A DNA stretch of 64,000 bases. Source: a bacterium. Lineage in GTDB: Bacteria; Desulfobacterota; Binatia; HRBIN30; CADEER01. Every line of letters starts with the position of its first letter. The first letter of the stretch is position 1. Shown here piece after piece: positions 41,743-53,137 of this stretch. The notes under the pieces were generated by a model. That model ran no database searches. It worked only from the letters and a program-made list of their open reading frames with translations, and was not told where the DNA came from. The stretch is taken from NCBI GenBank assembly GCA_019637795.1, contig JAHBUY010000007.1, forward strand, positions 150,286-214,285. Reading direction: 5' to 3'. The position numbers and the translations under genes are program-made.

Positions 41743-42861
41743 TCAGCGGGCGGTGTCCATCAGGTCGACGAAGCGACGGAACAGGTAGTTGGCGTCGTGT
41801 GGGCCCGGCGACGACTCCGGGTGGTACTGGACGGAGAACAGAGGCAACTCGGTATGGGTGAGGCCCTCGACGGTCCGGTCGTTGAGGTTGACGTGCGTCA
41901 GCGTGGCCCTGCCGCCGAGCGAGTCGACGTCGACCGCGAAGCCGTGGTTCTGGCTCGTGATCTCGACCTTGCCGGTGGTGAGGTCCATCACCGGCTGGTT
42001 GCCGCCGTGATGCCCGAATTTGAGCTTGTAGGTCGTGCCGCCGAGCGCCAGGCCGAGGATCTGGTGGCCGAGGCAGATGCCGAAGATCGGCACCTTGCCG
42101 ACCAGATCGCGCACCGCCTCGGCGGCGTAGGGCACGGCGGCGGGATCGCCGGGACCGTTCGAGAGGAAGACGCCGTCCGGCTCCATCGCCAGAACGTCGG
42201 CCGCCGGCGTTGACGCCGGAACGACCCGGACCCGACACCCGGCCTGGATCAGGTTGCGGAGGATGTTGCGCTTGATGCCGAAGTCGTAGGCGACGACGAA
42301 GTGGCGTCCGGGGCGCTGGGCGTTCTCGTAGCCGCGCTCGAGCGTCCACGACCCCTCCTGCCAGTCGTACGGCGCCGCGCAGGTGACGCGCGTCACCAGG
42401 TCCTGGCCCTCCATGCTCGGCGCCTGACGCGCCCTGCGCACCAGGCGCTCGGGGTCGAGGTCGACGCTGGAGAGGACGCCGTTGAGGCTGCCCTTGTCGC
42501 GCAGCAGCCGCACCAGGGCGCGGGTGTCGATGCCCTGGATGCCGGGGATGCCGTGCCCCGCCAGATAGTCGCCCAGGGACTGGGTCGCGCGCCAGTTGCT
42601 CGGCGTCTGCCAGTACTCCTTGACGATGAAGCCCTCGACCCAGGGCCGCGACGATTCGACATCCTCGGGGTTGATGCCGACGTTGCCGATCTCCGGATAC
42701 GTCATCGCCACCAATTGGCCGCAGTACGACGGATCGGTGAGCACCTCCTGGTAGCCGGTCATGGAGGTGTTGAAGACCACCTCGCCGACCGCCTCGGCGC
42801 GGGCGCCGAAGGCCGTGCCCTTGAAGATGGTCCCGTCCGACAGTGCGAGGATGGCCGTCAT
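41743..42861 (-). CDS. carA: Carbamoyl-phosphate synthase small subunit
   Basis: [36 protein letters not shown]. Confidence 0.97.
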   Translation of the reverse strand: MTAILALSDGTIFKGTAFGARAEAVGEVVFNTSMTGYQEVLTDPSYCGQLVAMTYPEIGNVGINPEDVESSRPWVEGFIVKEYWQTPSNWRATQSLGDYLAGHGIPGIQGIDTRALVRLLRDKGSLNGVLSSVDLDPERLVRRARQAPSMEGQDLVTRVTCAAPYDWQEGSWTLERGYENAQRPGRHFVVAYDFGIKRNILRNLIQAGCRVRVVPASTPAADVLAMEPDGVFLSNGPGDPAAVPYAAEAVRDLVGKVPIFGICLGHQILGLALGGTTYKLKFGHHGGNQPVMDLTTGKVEITSQNHGFAVDVDSLGGRATLTHVNLNDRTVEGLTHTELPLFSVQYHPESSPGPHDANYLFRRFVDLMDTAR

Positions 42862-44177
42862 CGCGCCGCGCTCCGCTTCCTCGCCGCCGCCAGGGGCGGG
42901 ATCGCCTGCCATTTCACCTCGCCGCCGACGAGGGTGGCGCGCGCCTGGCCGGTGAGCGCCCAGTTGGCGAAGGGCGTGTTGCGCGACTTCGAGTGGAAGC
43001 GGTCCGGATCGACCTCCCAGGCGACGGCGGGATCGATCACCGTGACGTCGCCGATCTCGCCGACCGCCAGGTTGCCCCCGGGCACGCCGAGGATGCGCGC
43101 CGGGGTGACGCTCATCGCCCGCACCAGGGTCTCGATGTCGACCCCGTGCTCGCGGACCAGCGCCAGGCTCAGCGCCAGCGACGTCTCGAGGCCGACGATG
43201 CCGTGCGCGGCGCACTCGAACTCGACGTCCTTCTCGTCGCGATGGTGCGGCGCGTGATCGCTGGCGATGGCGTCGACGGTGCCGTCGCGCAGCGCCGCGA
43301 TCACCGCCTCGACGTCCTGGCGCTGGCGCAATGGCGGATTCATCTTGGCGTTGGTGTCGTACTCGCCCACCGCGTCCTCGGTCAGCGTGAAGTGGTGCGG
43401 CGTCGCCTCCACCGTCACCGCGAGGCCGCGCGCCTTGGCGCGCCGCACCAGGTCGATGGTGCCGGCGGTGCTGGCGTGGGCGATGTGGAGGCGGCCGCCG
43501 GTGCGTTCGAGGAGCGCGATGTCGCGCGCCACCATCGCCTCCTCGGCCGCGGCGGGCATCCCCTTCAGGCCGAGGCGGAACGCCGTCGGCCCCTCGTTCA
43601 TGCATCCCTCGCCGGCCAGCGCCCGATCCTCCTCGTGCGCGATGACCGCCAGGCCGAACATCGCGCTGTACTCGAGGGCGCGGCGCATCAGCGCGCTGTC
43701 CATGATCGGTTTGCCGTCGTCGGAGACGGCGACGATCCCCGCCTCGCGCATCTCGCCGATCTCCGCCAGGCGCTCGCCCTGCAGGCCCACCGACACGGCG
43801 CCGATCGGGTAGACGCGCGCCAGCCGCGCCGCGGCCGCCTTCTCGACGATGTACTTCGTGACGGCGCCGGTGTCGTTCACCGGGTTGGTGTTGGCCATGC
43901 ACGCGACGGCGGTGAAGCCGCCGGCCACGGCGGCCTGGGCGCCCGTCAGCACCGTCTCCTTGTACTCGTACCCCGGCTCGCGCAGGTGCACGTGCATGTC
44001 GATGAGCCCGGGGGTGACCCAGCAACCGCTGGCATCGATCTGCACGTCGGCGTTCCCGGCGCCGCCAGGCTCGGCGACGGCCGCGATGCGCCCCTCCTCG
44101 AGGCGCACGTCGAAGGCGCCATGGCGACCGGTGGCCGGGTCGACGACCGTGCCGCCGCTGATCAGAACGCTTCCCAT
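42858..44177 (-). CDS. pyrC: Dihydroorotase (multifunctional complex type)
   Basis: [29 protein letters not shown]. Confidence 0.95.
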   Translation of the reverse strand: MGSVLISGGTVVDPATGRHGAFDVRLEEGRIAAVAEPGGAGNADVQIDASGCWVTPGLIDMHVHLREPGYEYKETVLTGAQAAVAGGFTAVACMANTNPVNDTGAVTKYIVEKAAAARLARVYPIGAVSVGLQGERLAEIGEMREAGIVAVSDDGKPIMDSALMRRALEYSAMFGLAVIAHEEDRALAGEGCMNEGPTAFRLGLKGMPAAAEEAMVARDIALLERTGGRLHIAHASTAGTIDLVRRAKARGLAVTVEATPHHFTLTEDAVGEYDTNAKMNPPLRQRQDVEAVIAALRDGTVDAIASDHAPHHRDEKDVEFECAAHGIVGLETSLALSLALVREHGVDIETLVRAMSVTPARILGVPGGNLAVGEIGDVTVIDPAVAWEVDPDRFHSKSRNTPFANWALTGQARATLVGGEVKWQAIPPLAAARKRSAAR

Positions 44178-45161
<984 letters not shown>

Positions 45162-45163
45162 CT

Positions 45164-45712
45164 TCAACCCTCCTGGCTGCGGACGAGCACGACCTCGTCG
45201 CGCCCATCGCGTTCCCTGAGCCGTACCTCGACCGATTCGTTGGTTGCCGTGGGCAGATTCTTGCCGACGTAGTCGGCGCGGATGGGCAGCTCGCGGTGGC
45301 CGCGGTCGATGAGGACCGCCAGTTGCACGCAGCGCGGCCGCCCCAGGTCCATCAACGCGTCGAGGGCGGCGCGCACCGTGCGACCGGTGTAGAGGACGTC
45401 GTCGACCAGCACCACCTGGCGGTCGTCGATGTCGAAGGGGATGTCGGTGCCCTTCACCGCCGGCTGCTGGGCGGCGCGGCTGAGATCGTCGCGGTAGAGC
45501 GTGATGTCGATGACGCCGCGCGGCACCTCGACCCCTTCGATCGCCGCCGCCTTGGCGGCGAGACGCTCGGCGATCTCCACCCCGAGCGAGCGGACGCCGA
45601 TGAACACCAGGTCCTCGACGCCCTTGTTGCGCTCGAGAATCTCGTGCGTCACGCGGGCGAGCGCACGCTCCACTCCCTGCGCGTCGAGCACCATCCGCTC
45701 CGTCGCGGCCAT
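45164..45712 (-). CDS. pyrR: PyrR attenuation regulator/UPRTase (alternative start 45694)
   Basis: [34 protein letters not shown]. Confidence 0.97.
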   Translation of the reverse strand: MAATERMVLDAQGVERALARVTHEILERNKGVEDLVFIGVRSLGVEIAERLAAKAAAIEGVEVPRGVIDITLYRDDLSRAAQQPAVKGTDIPFDIDDRQVVLVDDVLYTGRTVRAALDALMDLGRPRCVQLAVLIDRGHRELPIRADYVGKNLPTATNESVEVRLRERDGRDEVVLVRSQEG

Positions 45713-45716
45713 GGTG

Positions 45717-45748
45717 AAAAAAAAGCCCCCTCGCCACCGAGGGGGCTT
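45717..45748 (-). terminator. Attenuator terminator of the pyr leader
   Basis: AAGCCCCCTCG-GTGG-CGAGGGGGC followed by T8 on the - strand. Confidence 0.9.
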
Positions 45749-45798
45749 CAGGCCGCGCTTTCGCTGTTGTCGAACGTATGACGAGGAGACATTGGAAC

Positions 45799-45829
45799 CC
45801 TTTCTGGCCTCACCGGACCAAGTTAAAGG
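45799..45829 (-). promoter_or_regulatory. PyrR-binding RNA loop
   Basis: CCTTTAA-CTTGGTCCGGTGAGGCCAG-AAAGG matches the PyrR element consensus (ARUCCNGNGAGGY). Confidence 0.88.
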
Positions 45830-45836
45830 CTGCCTC

Positions 45837-45865
45837 TTGCTAGCCGGGCAGGTGCGCCGAGTCAA
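45837..45865 (-). promoter_or_regulatory. Candidate sigma70 promoter of the pyr operon
   Basis: TTGACT-17 nt-TAGCAA immediately upstream of the PyrR loop. Confidence 0.55.
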
Positions 45866-46095
45866 TATTGCGCCGCGCCTCGTCTCGCGCCTGACATGGA
45901 ATGTCACCGCGCATGGCGCGGGACACGGCGTCAACAATGCGGCGGCCGGCGAGCCGAATTGACGCTCGGGCGCGCGTCGAAGGTGAGCCTCCGCATGCGA
46001 CCCCGCTCGCCGGCGAGCGCCGCCGCCGCGTCCGACGCGCGTCCCCGACTGTTCCGCTTCATGGCACACTCCTCGCACCGGGCACGCGCGTGGGC

Positions 46096-48018
46096 ATGGC
46101 CAACCGCGGACGGATCACCCGGCTCAGCGCGCGCGCCGCGGCGCCGGCCACCGCCCACGAGCCGGCCCCGCCGGCGCCGCTCGAAGCCGTGTCGCCGCCC
46201 GCTCCTGCGTCCCCGGCCCCCGCCCCGTCGCGCCTGGCGCTCGGGCCGCTTCCCCTGGCCCTCATCGCGCTGGCCCTGGTGGCCCTGGCGTCGCAGGTGC
46301 AGCTCTCGTTCAACCTCAGCGGCGGCCTCCCCGTTCTGCTCGCCGCCGCGGCGCTGCTCGTGGCCGCGGCGGTGATCATCGCCCCGGCGCTGAAGCCGTT
46401 GGCGATCCGGGCGCTCACCCCGGAGCTGGCGGCGCTGCCGCTCGCCGGTGTCGCCTACGCCGCCAGTCTGCGGCCGCTGCCCGAACCGGTGGCGCCCCTG
46501 GTGGCGGCCGCGGCGGTGATGGCCGCCGCGCTGGTGGTCCCGCGGCGGCCGATGATGCCGCCGTTGGCGGCGCTGGCCCTCGCCGGCGGCGCCCTGCTGG
46601 CGCACGCCGATGCTGGCTGGGGCGCCCTCGCCGCCCCCGCCCTGCTCTTCCAGATCGGCGCCGCCGCCGGCGCCGCCACGCTGATGACCGTGACGGCGCG
46701 GCGCATCCGCCAGGCGGAGGAGCGCACCGAAGCGGAGGCGCTGCGCTGGCGAGAGTCGAGCGTCCGGCTGGAAGCGGAGAACTGCGCCATCAAGGAGACC
46801 ACGGAGGTGGCGACCTCGGTCCTCGAGGTCGCCAACGGCATCACCACCGCTCTCGATCCGGGATCGATCGCCGACCAGATCGTGCGCGGCTCCGCCAACC
46901 AGCTCCGCGCCGTCGGCACGGTGCTGCTGCTCTGGGACGACGCCAGCGAGACCTTCCGGGTCGGCGCGATTCACGGACCTCACGCCCTCGGCGCCACCGA
47001 CCTGCGTCAGGTCGAGGTGCGGCCGGACACCGTGCCGACCCTCGGCCAGGGCGACTCCGGCGTCGTTGTCCAGTTGGCGCCGAACAGCGTCCGCGAAGCG
47101 ATGCTGCGCGGGCTCCTGCAGCGCTGGAAGGCGACCAGCCTGGTCGGCGTGCGACTGCAGCGCGGCGAGCATCTGCGCGGTCTCCTCTTCGCGGCGCGCG
47201 GCGATCGCCAGCCGCCCTTCACCTCGCGCGACTGCCGCATTCTCGCCGGCATCGGCGTCCACGCCGCGGCCGCGCTCGACTACGCCAACCTGATCGCCGA
47301 TCTGCAGTCCGCCAACCAGCTCAAGGAAGAGTTCATGGCGACGATGTCGCACGAGCTGCGCACGCCGCTGAACGTGATCATCGGCTACACCGACCTGCAA
47401 CTCGAGGGCGCCTTCGGCGATCTGCCCGCGGATCACATCGAGACGCTGAACACGGTGCGCCATCAGGCGTTGCAGTTGCTGGAGCTCATCCAGGCGACGC
47501 TCGACATGAGCCGCCTCGAACGGGGGCTGATGACCGTCGACCTGCGCGACGTCACGGTCGGCCAGCTCATCGAGCAGCTCCAGGTGCAGATCCCGCCAGC
47601 ATGGCGCAAGCCCTCGGTCGAGCTCAACTGGCGGGTCGAGCCCGGGCTGTCGCCCCTGCGCACCGATCCGGCCAAGCTCGGCATCCTGCTGCGCAACCTG
47701 GTGCACAACGCGCTCAAGTTCACGCACCACGGCATGGTGACGGTGTCGGTGTCGGCCCACCCCGACCGGCGCAAGGTGACGTTCGTGGTGCAGGACTCCG
47801 GCGTCGGCATCAAGGCCGAGCACCTGTCGGAGATCTTCGACATGTTCCGGCAGGCGCCGGACGGCGAGAGCGCCCCGGGCGGCGTCGGCCTCGGCCTCTA
47901 CATCGTCAAACGCCTGGCGACCGTGCTCGGGGCCGAGATCGAGGTCGGCAGTGCCCCCGGGCGCGGCGCCACCTTCCGCATCCACATCCCGATCGACGGC
48001 CCGCTGGCTCGCGCCTGA
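46096..48018 (+). CDS. Membrane sensor histidine kinase with GAF domain (start uncertain)
   Basis: TM helices, GAF, H-box [10 protein letters not shown]-box [22 protein letters not shown]. Confidence 0.92.
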   Translation: MANRGRITRLSARAAAPATAHEPAPPAPLEAVSPPAPASPAPAPSRLALGPLPLALIALALVALASQVQLSFNLSGGLPVLLAAAALLVAAAVIIAPALKPLAIRALTPELAALPLAGVAYAASLRPLPEPVAPLVAAAAVMAAALVVPRRPMMPPLAALALAGGALLAHADAGWGALAAPALLFQIGAAAGAATLMTVTARRIRQAEERTEAEALRWRESSVRLEAENCAIKETTEVATSVLEVANGITTALDPGSIADQIVRGSANQLRAVGTVLLLWDDASETFRVGAIHGPHALGATDLRQVEVRPDTVPTLGQGDSGVVVQLAPNSVREAMLRGLLQRWKATSLVGVRLQRGEHLRGLLFAARGDRQPPFTSRDCRILAGIGVHAAAALDYANLIADLQSANQLKEEFMATMSHELRTPLNVIIGYTDLQLEGAFGDLPADHIETLNTVRHQALQLLELIQATLDMSRLERGLMTVDLRDVTVGQLIEQLQVQIPPAWRKPSVELNWRVEPGLSPLRTDPAKLGILLRNLVHNALKFTHHGMVTVSVSAHPDRRKVTFVVQDSGVGIKAEHLSEIFDMFRQAPDGESAPGGVGLGLYIVKRLATVLGAEIEVGSAPGRGATFRIHIPIDGPLARA

Positions 48019-48050
48019 TCCCGCGCGTCCGGCCGGCGCGCAGCGCCGTT

Positions 48051-48575
48051 TCAGGCGGCGTAGTGGGTGCGCAGGGCGCGCATGTAGGGGACGCAGGCGC
48101 GGCGTGATTTCACGGCGGCGCAGGCGTCATCGAGGCTCAGTCCGTGGTGGCGATGCAGGTAGGCGACGGCGACGGTTGGCGCCCGGTTCAGGCCGGCATT
48201 GCAATGCAGGTAGACGCGCTCGCCCTTGCCCAGACGGCCGTGCAGATCGGCCAGGATCCGATCGAGCATGCGGCACAGCGCGGCGGCATCGCCATCGGCG
48301 ATCGGGTAACGGGAGAAGGCGATCGCGACGCGCTCGTAGGCACGGTGCAGGGCGCTCAGCGGGACGCCCTTGCGCTCCAGGTCGAGGTCGTCCTGCAGTG
48401 AGATCACCGCGCTGACGCCGCAGGTGTGGCGCAGCCAGGTTGCGTCCTCCGGCGTCGGATACTCGCCAACCGCCAGGGCGGGGAGCACGAAGGCGTGCCC
48501 CGGGTGTCCGGCGGGTCGCGCCGCCGGGCCGGCGAGTTGGAGATGCAGGGGCGGCAGGTCGGTGTGATCGGTCAT
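48051..48575 (-). CDS. Dual-specificity phosphatase family protein
   Basis: HCNAGLNRA (CX5R) and an upstream PIAD acid loop. Confidence 0.88.
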   Translation of the reverse strand: MTDHTDLPPLHLQLAGPAARPAGHPGHAFVLPALAVGEYPTPEDATWLRHTCGVSAVISLQDDLDLERKGVPLSALHRAYERVAIAFSRYPIADGDAAALCRMLDRILADLHGRLGKGERVYLHCNAGLNRAPTVAVAYLHRHHGLSLDDACAAVKSRRACVPYMRALRTHYAA

Positions 48576-50056
48576 CAGCCTGCGTCCCCGTCGGGCAGGA
48601 CGCGGATCGAGAGCTTGCCGATCAGCGGTACCAGCGCCGCGTGGGTCTCGGGGCCGCCTTCGATCAGCTTCAGGTGCGTCACGTCGGCCGGCATCTGGTC
48701 GAAGATGGCGTCGACGCTCACCCAGCCCTCGCCCAGCCACACCTCGTTCCAGGCGTGATAGAGGAACGCGTCGTTCTGGTAAACGAGTCCGGCGACGACC
48801 CGCGCCGGCAGACCGACGGCGCGCGCCAGCGCCGCGTAGAGCACCGCGTGCTCGTTGCAGTCGCCGGCTCGCGTCTGCAGCACCTGCAGCGCATTGGGCA
48901 GGGTGGCCGCCGGGCGCTGTTCGAGCGAGTCGTGGACCCAGCGGCGCAGCCGCTCGGCGGCGCTGCGGGGGTCCGTCTCTCCATCGACCGCGGCGGCGGC
49001 GGCGGCGCGAACCTGCGGCTGATCGCTCTGCAGGAACATGGTCGGCTGCAGGTCGCCGCGCCACTGCTCGCCGGCGTACGGCAGACGGTAGGTCGCGGCG
49101 GGCAGGGCTTCGCGCTGGATGACCCATTCCCCGGCATTGCCGTGTTGGCGTCCGTCGCTCGGGATGGCGACGCCGGCGGTGCCGGTCAGGCGCAGGCGCA
49201 GACGATCGCGGCCGCGTGGATCGCTGATGGCGGCGACGGGCACTGCCACGGCGCCCATGAGGTCGAGCGGCGTCTCGCCCCAGCCCTTGGCGACGGCGTC
49301 GGCGGGTGACTCGCGTCGCGCCTCGAGACCCATGGGGCCGCGTTCGCGCACGGTACGCCCGTGGTCGTCGAGCCAGACGTCGGATTCCATGCCGCGGAAC
49401 GACTCGCGCACCTTCCAGGTCGGCACCGCGACGCCGTCCTCCGTCAGCGTCTCACGGCCAACGATCCGCATCGTCATCGGCTGCTGCTGCATGGCGGCCG
49501 CGTCGAAGACCTGCACCGTCAGCGTGCGCCCTGCGCGCAGCCCGCCCTGGGTCAGCCGGACGCGTGCCGCGGCCGCCAGATACAGGGGTTGGTCCAGCGG
49601 CAGGCGCTGGCTCGAGGTCTGCCCGCCGGTGGTCACGTCCAGCACCAGACCGTGGTTATCGACGCGGCCGCGGGCGGCGAAGGTCCCGAGGTCGCTGGTC
49701 AGTGCGACGTCGAAGCGCCGCAGCGACAGGTCGTCCGCCGCGCTGCCGCTGATCGTGGCCTGCACCGTCTGCTCGCGATCGAGCACGGTCAGGCGCAGCA
49801 CGGAGGTCTCCTCGATGCGCAGGCCGCCGGACTCGGGGACGGCGCGATAGTGCGCGAACCCGATCTTGCTCCCCTTCATGTAGATGCCGGTCCACTCGTC
49901 TTCCGCCGCGTCGCCGGCCAGCGAGCCGACCGCCGCGGACACGGGGTTCATACCCTGGTCCGCGCGATGCGGCAGACTGGACGCCGCGAGGGCGATCAGG
50001 AGGGCGGCCCAGACGCCGACGATGGCGTAGCGCGTCGCGCGGACCAGGGACGTCAT
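48575..50056 (-). CDS. Exported transglutaminase-like protein
   Basis: Signal/TM N-terminus; GDCNEHA, HAWNEV, DA triad. Confidence 0.88.
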   Translation of the reverse strand: MTSLVRATRYAIVGVWAALLIALAASSLPHRADQGMNPVSAAVGSLAGDAAEDEWTGIYMKGSKIGFAHYRAVPESGGLRIEETSVLRLTVLDREQTVQATISGSAADDLSLRRFDVALTSDLGTFAARGRVDNHGLVLDVTTGGQTSSQRLPLDQPLYLAAAARVRLTQGGLRAGRTLTVQVFDAAAMQQQPMTMRIVGRETLTEDGVAVPTWKVRESFRGMESDVWLDDHGRTVRERGPMGLEARRESPADAVAKGWGETPLDLMGAVAVPVAAISDPRGRDRLRLRLTGTAGVAIPSDGRQHGNAGEWVIQREALPAATYRLPYAGEQWRGDLQPTMFLQSDQPQVRAAAAAAVDGETDPRSAAERLRRWVHDSLEQRPAATLPNALQVLQTRAGDCNEHAVLYAALARAVGLPARVVAGLVYQNDAFLYHAWNEVWLGEGWVSVDAIFDQMPADVTHLKLIEGGPETHAALVPLIGKLSIRVLPDGDAG

Positions 50057-50315
50057 GGCGGAGATGGTGCCAGATGGCGCTGCGGCTCGCCACGGGCGAT
50101 CTGGCGCACCGGCGCCTGAACGGCCGCGGGCGGGTCGTGATCCGACAGGACGCGATCAACGCGAGGACGCGACGAGACGGAGTGGCGCCGGACCTCCACG
50201 GCTCGTTCTCGTTTCGCCAACGCCAGCGACCGTGCGCCTCGGCCCTACCGTCGAACGCCCCCCCTGCCCCTGGATTCCCCGTCTCCGCGCGCACGGATCG
50301 GGGCTGGCCCCGGGG

Positions 50316-50564
50316 CTACGAGCGCGAGCCGCAGCGGCCGCCGCCGCAGTCGGGCCGACCGCAGCCCGCTTCCTCGTAGAGGGCGTAACCGCTGTCGGCC
50401 AGGTCGAGGCCGCGCGTCGGGCGGATGCGGCCGCTGATCGTCGTGCCGCAGTGCACGCACTCCCGCGTCTCGCCGTTGCCGCCCACCGCGGTGAGGACCT
50501 CGCGCTGGCAGGGCTCGCACCAGCCGAGCGGAAAGTCGAGATCGTCGAACTGCAGCTCGTCCAT
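50316..50564 (-). CDS. Small Cys-rich (Zn-finger-like) protein
   Basis: WCEPC...CVHC plus C-terminal CGRPDCGGGRC. Confidence 0.65.
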   Translation of the reverse strand: MDELQFDDLDFPLGWCEPCQREVLTAVGGNGETRECVHCGTTISGRIRPTRGLDLADSGYALYEEAGCGRPDCGGGRCGSRS

Positions 50565-50575
50565 TGGTCGGGATC

Positions 50576-51082
50576 CTAGCCCGACCGTCCCATCCGGGGA
50601 AGCGCCGTCATGCGCTGGCGGAGCCCCTCATAGACCGCGATGGACACGGCGTTGGACAGGTTCAGGCTGCGCACGTGCGGGGTGAGGATGGGAATGGCGT
50701 ACAGCCGCTCGGCGTGGAGGGCGCGCAACGCCGCGTCCAGACCGCGGGTTTCGCCCCCGAAGACGAGATGCACGACGGGGTCGGTCAACGGCGCATCGAG
50801 ATAGCTCCGGGTGGCGCGGGCCGAGAAGCAGACGAGGGTTCGCGGCTGCTCGGCGTCGAGAAAGTGCTGCCAGGAGTCGTGGACGTGCAGGTCGACGAAC
50901 GGCCAGTAGTCGAGGCCGGCCCGCTTCAGGTAGCGATCCTCGAGCGAGAACCCGAGTGGACGGACGAGATGGAGCGGGATCGCCGTCGCCGCGCACAGAC
51001 GGGCGATGCTGCCGGTGTTGGGCGGGATCTCGGGCTGCACGAGCACCACGCGCAGCCCGGCGGCGGGCTCAGCGGCGGCCAA
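50576..51082 (-). CDS. trmL: tRNA (cytidine(34)-2'-O)-methyltransferase (start approximate)
   Basis: VVLVQPEIPPNTG.IARLCAAT, LKRAGLDYW, FG.ETRGL, RSLNLSN. Confidence 0.93.
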   Translation of the reverse strand: MAAAEPAAGLRVVLVQPEIPPNTGSIARLCAATAIPLHLVRPLGFSLEDRYLKRAGLDYWPFVDLHVHDSWQHFLDAEQPRTLVCFSARATRSYLDAPLTDPVVHLVFGGETRGLDAALRALHAERLYAIPILTPHVRSLNLSNAVSIAVYEGLRQRMTALPRMGRSG

Positions 51083-51527
51083 TGGGGAAGCGCCCCGCCG
51101 CCGTGCGGAAGACGAAGCCGCCGTCGTCGACGGCGATGCGGTCGGCGAGCTGGTAGTACGCCGGGCGGAGAAAGCGCGCCGCCTCGCGTCCGTCCTTGAC
51201 CCGGCAGTACAGGACATCGTCGGCGCCGACCGCCAACGTGCGCGGGTCGAGCGCCTCGCGGCTGCCGTCGTTGAGGTCGATCCACGCCGTGCCGTCGTCG
51301 CCGATGGTGGCGCTGATGACGACGTACGGCGTGTCGTCGACCGCGATCGCCGCCCGCTCCTCGGCGACGCGCAACTCGTAGCCGCCGTCGGCCGCGCGCC
51401 GCACGCTCTGCGAGAACAGGCGGGCGATGCGCTGATTCTCGATCGGCTGGCCATCGGCGTACCAGCGGCCGTCGCGGCCGAAGCGGATGCTGGCGTTGTG
51501 GATGGCGTAGAAGCCGGCGCGCGGCAT
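51069..51527 (-). CDS. DUF1285-like protein
   Basis: I....DGRWY.DG.PI...IARLF, I.VDDTPY, LYCRVK, ARFLRPAYYQL. Confidence 0.7.
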   Translation of the reverse strand: MPRAGFYAIHNASIRFGRDGRWYADGQPIENQRIARLFSQSVRRAADGGYELRVAEERAAIAVDDTPYVVISATIGDDGTAWIDLNDGSREALDPRTLAVGADDVLYCRVKDGREAARFLRPAYYQLADRIAVDDGGFVFRTAAGRFPIGRR

Positions 51528-51528
51528 G

Positions 51529-51975
51529 TCAGGTCTCGCGCGAATCGAGCAGGATGGTCACCGGACCGTCGTTGATCAGAGCGACCCGCATGTGGGCGCC
51601 GAACCGACCGGTGGCGACGGCGACGCCGCGGGCGGCGACCGCCGCCACGACGCGCGCGTAGAGGGGCTCGGCCTGCGGCCCGGTGGCAGCGGAGGTAAAT
51701 GATGGCCGGCGCCCCCTGCGGGTGTCGGCGTGGAGGGTGAACTGCGAGACCAGCAGGACGCTCCCGCCGACGTCGAGCACCGACGCATCGAGCTTCCCGG
51801 CGGCGTTCTCGAAGATGCGCAGCCCGACCATGCGGTCGGCGATCCAGTCGGCGTCGGCGGTGGTGTCGTGCGTGCTCACCCCGACGAGCGCTACCAGTCC
51901 GCGGTCGATGCGACCGACGGTCTCGCCGTCGACGAGAACCGACCCGGCGCTGACGCGCTGGAGTACGGCGCGCAT
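51529..51975 (-). CDS. dtd: D-aminoacyl-tRNA deacylase
   Basis: MRAVLQRV, VSQFTL, GRRPSF, FGAHM.V.LINDGPVT. Confidence 0.96.
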   Translation of the reverse strand: MRAVLQRVSAGSVLVDGETVGRIDRGLVALVGVSTHDTTADADWIADRMVGLRIFENAAGKLDASVLDVGGSVLLVSQFTLHADTRRGRRPSFTSAATGPQAEPLYARVVAAVAARGVAVATGRFGAHMRVALINDGPVTILLDSRET

Positions 51976-52026
51976 CGCGTCAGTCAGCGCGCGCGGCGCG
52001 CCCCGCCGGCCATACGGGCACGGCGC

Positions 52027-52221
52027 TCACCACTCCTCTTCGTCGTCGTCCTCTTCGTCGTCGTCTTCGTCTTCGTCCAATTCCTCGTCTTCCTCGCCCT
52101 CCTCGTCCCACTCCTCGTCTTCCCACTCGTCCTCGTCGCCGTCCTCCTCCTCGTCGGACTCCTCGTCCTCGGTCCATTCCTCGTCCTCGTCACGGCGCGG
52201 ATTCAGAATCCACTGATGCAT
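52027..52221 (-). CDS. Extremely acidic 64-aa protein
   Basis: GAGGAGG SD before ATG; 45 of 64 residues are D/E, with 5 Trp. Confidence 0.65.
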   Translation of the reverse strand: MHQWILNPRRDEDEEWTEDEESDEEEDGDEDEWEDEEWDEEGEEDEELDEDEDDDEEDDDEEEW

Positions 52222-52483
52222 CTTCTCCTCCTCGCGGGGCGCCGCGGATCGGCGCTTCGCCGCCGCCGGCCGCGTCAGCCGACTGGTTCACATTGCCGCT
52301 CCGCGGCGATGCGGGCGTCTCTAACCGCGTGCTCGGAAGTTGTCAATTTTCCACGCGCTGCAGTCGGCGGGCGCGGCCTGCGGCCGCGCCTCTCCGCGTC
52401 GCCGGCTCGCTTGACACTGCGGAGCCGCATCTCATAAGCGGGCTCGGTCAGATGATTGAAGCGCCACGGCGAGGGGGGGACAC

Positions 52484-53137
52484 GTGCCGCGTGCTGCGTT
52501 GAAGAAGGTGCGCGAGGCGCCGGAGTCGACCAAGGCGCGCATCCTCCGTGCCGCGGAGGCGGTGTTCGCGGCGCGCGGTTTCGACGGCGCGTCGACGCGC
52601 GAGATCGCGGCCGCCGCAGGCGTGAACATCTCCAGTCTCCACTACCACTGGGAGTCGAAGGAGACGCTCTACTTCGCGGTCTTCGCGCACGTCTACGACC
52701 GCATCCTCGAGCTGGTGCGCTCCTCGATCCCCGACGCCTCGATGGAACGGCCGGCGAGCCGTGAGGTGGTGGACGACGTCATGGGGCGTCTCTACGACTT
52801 CTTCGCCGACAATCCGACCATCCCCCGCCTGATGGTGCGCCGTCTGCTCGAGACGGGCACCGACACGAGCGACATCGAGCGCGAGATCCTGTTGCCCGCG
52901 TGGCGAGGTTTCGCGACCTGGACGTACGACCTGAGCAAGGTGGTGAGCGCCGAGGACGCGCCGATCATGATGTTGACCGTCCATTCCGTGCTGCTGCTGT
53001 TCATGTTGGACAGCCAGCAGTTCGCGGCGCTGCTCGGCGGCAGTGTCCGCAGCCCGGACATGCGAGCGCGTCTCCGGCCGCACATCATCGACCTGGTGCA
53101 TGTGCTCATCCGCGCCGAGAAGAGGAAGCGAGCGTGA
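52484..53137 (+). CDS. TetR/AcrR family regulator
   Basis: RILRAAEAVFAARGFDGASTREIAAAAGVN...HYHW.SKE.L. Confidence 0.93.
   Translation: MPRAALKKVREAPESTKARILRAAEAVFAARGFDGASTREIAAAAGVNISSLHYHWESKETLYFAVFAHVYDRILELVRSSIPDASMERPASREVVDDVMGRLYDFFADNPTIPRLMVRRLLETGTDTSDIEREILLPAWRGFATWTYDLSKVVSAEDAPIMMLTVHSVLLLFMLDSQQFAALLGGSVRSPDMRARLRPHIIDLVHVLIRAEKRKRA

Noticed and set aside
52027-52200. TCG/TCC-rich low-complexity tract as a microsatellite
   Set aside because: Explained by Asp/Glu codons of an ORF with a good SD on the minus strand.
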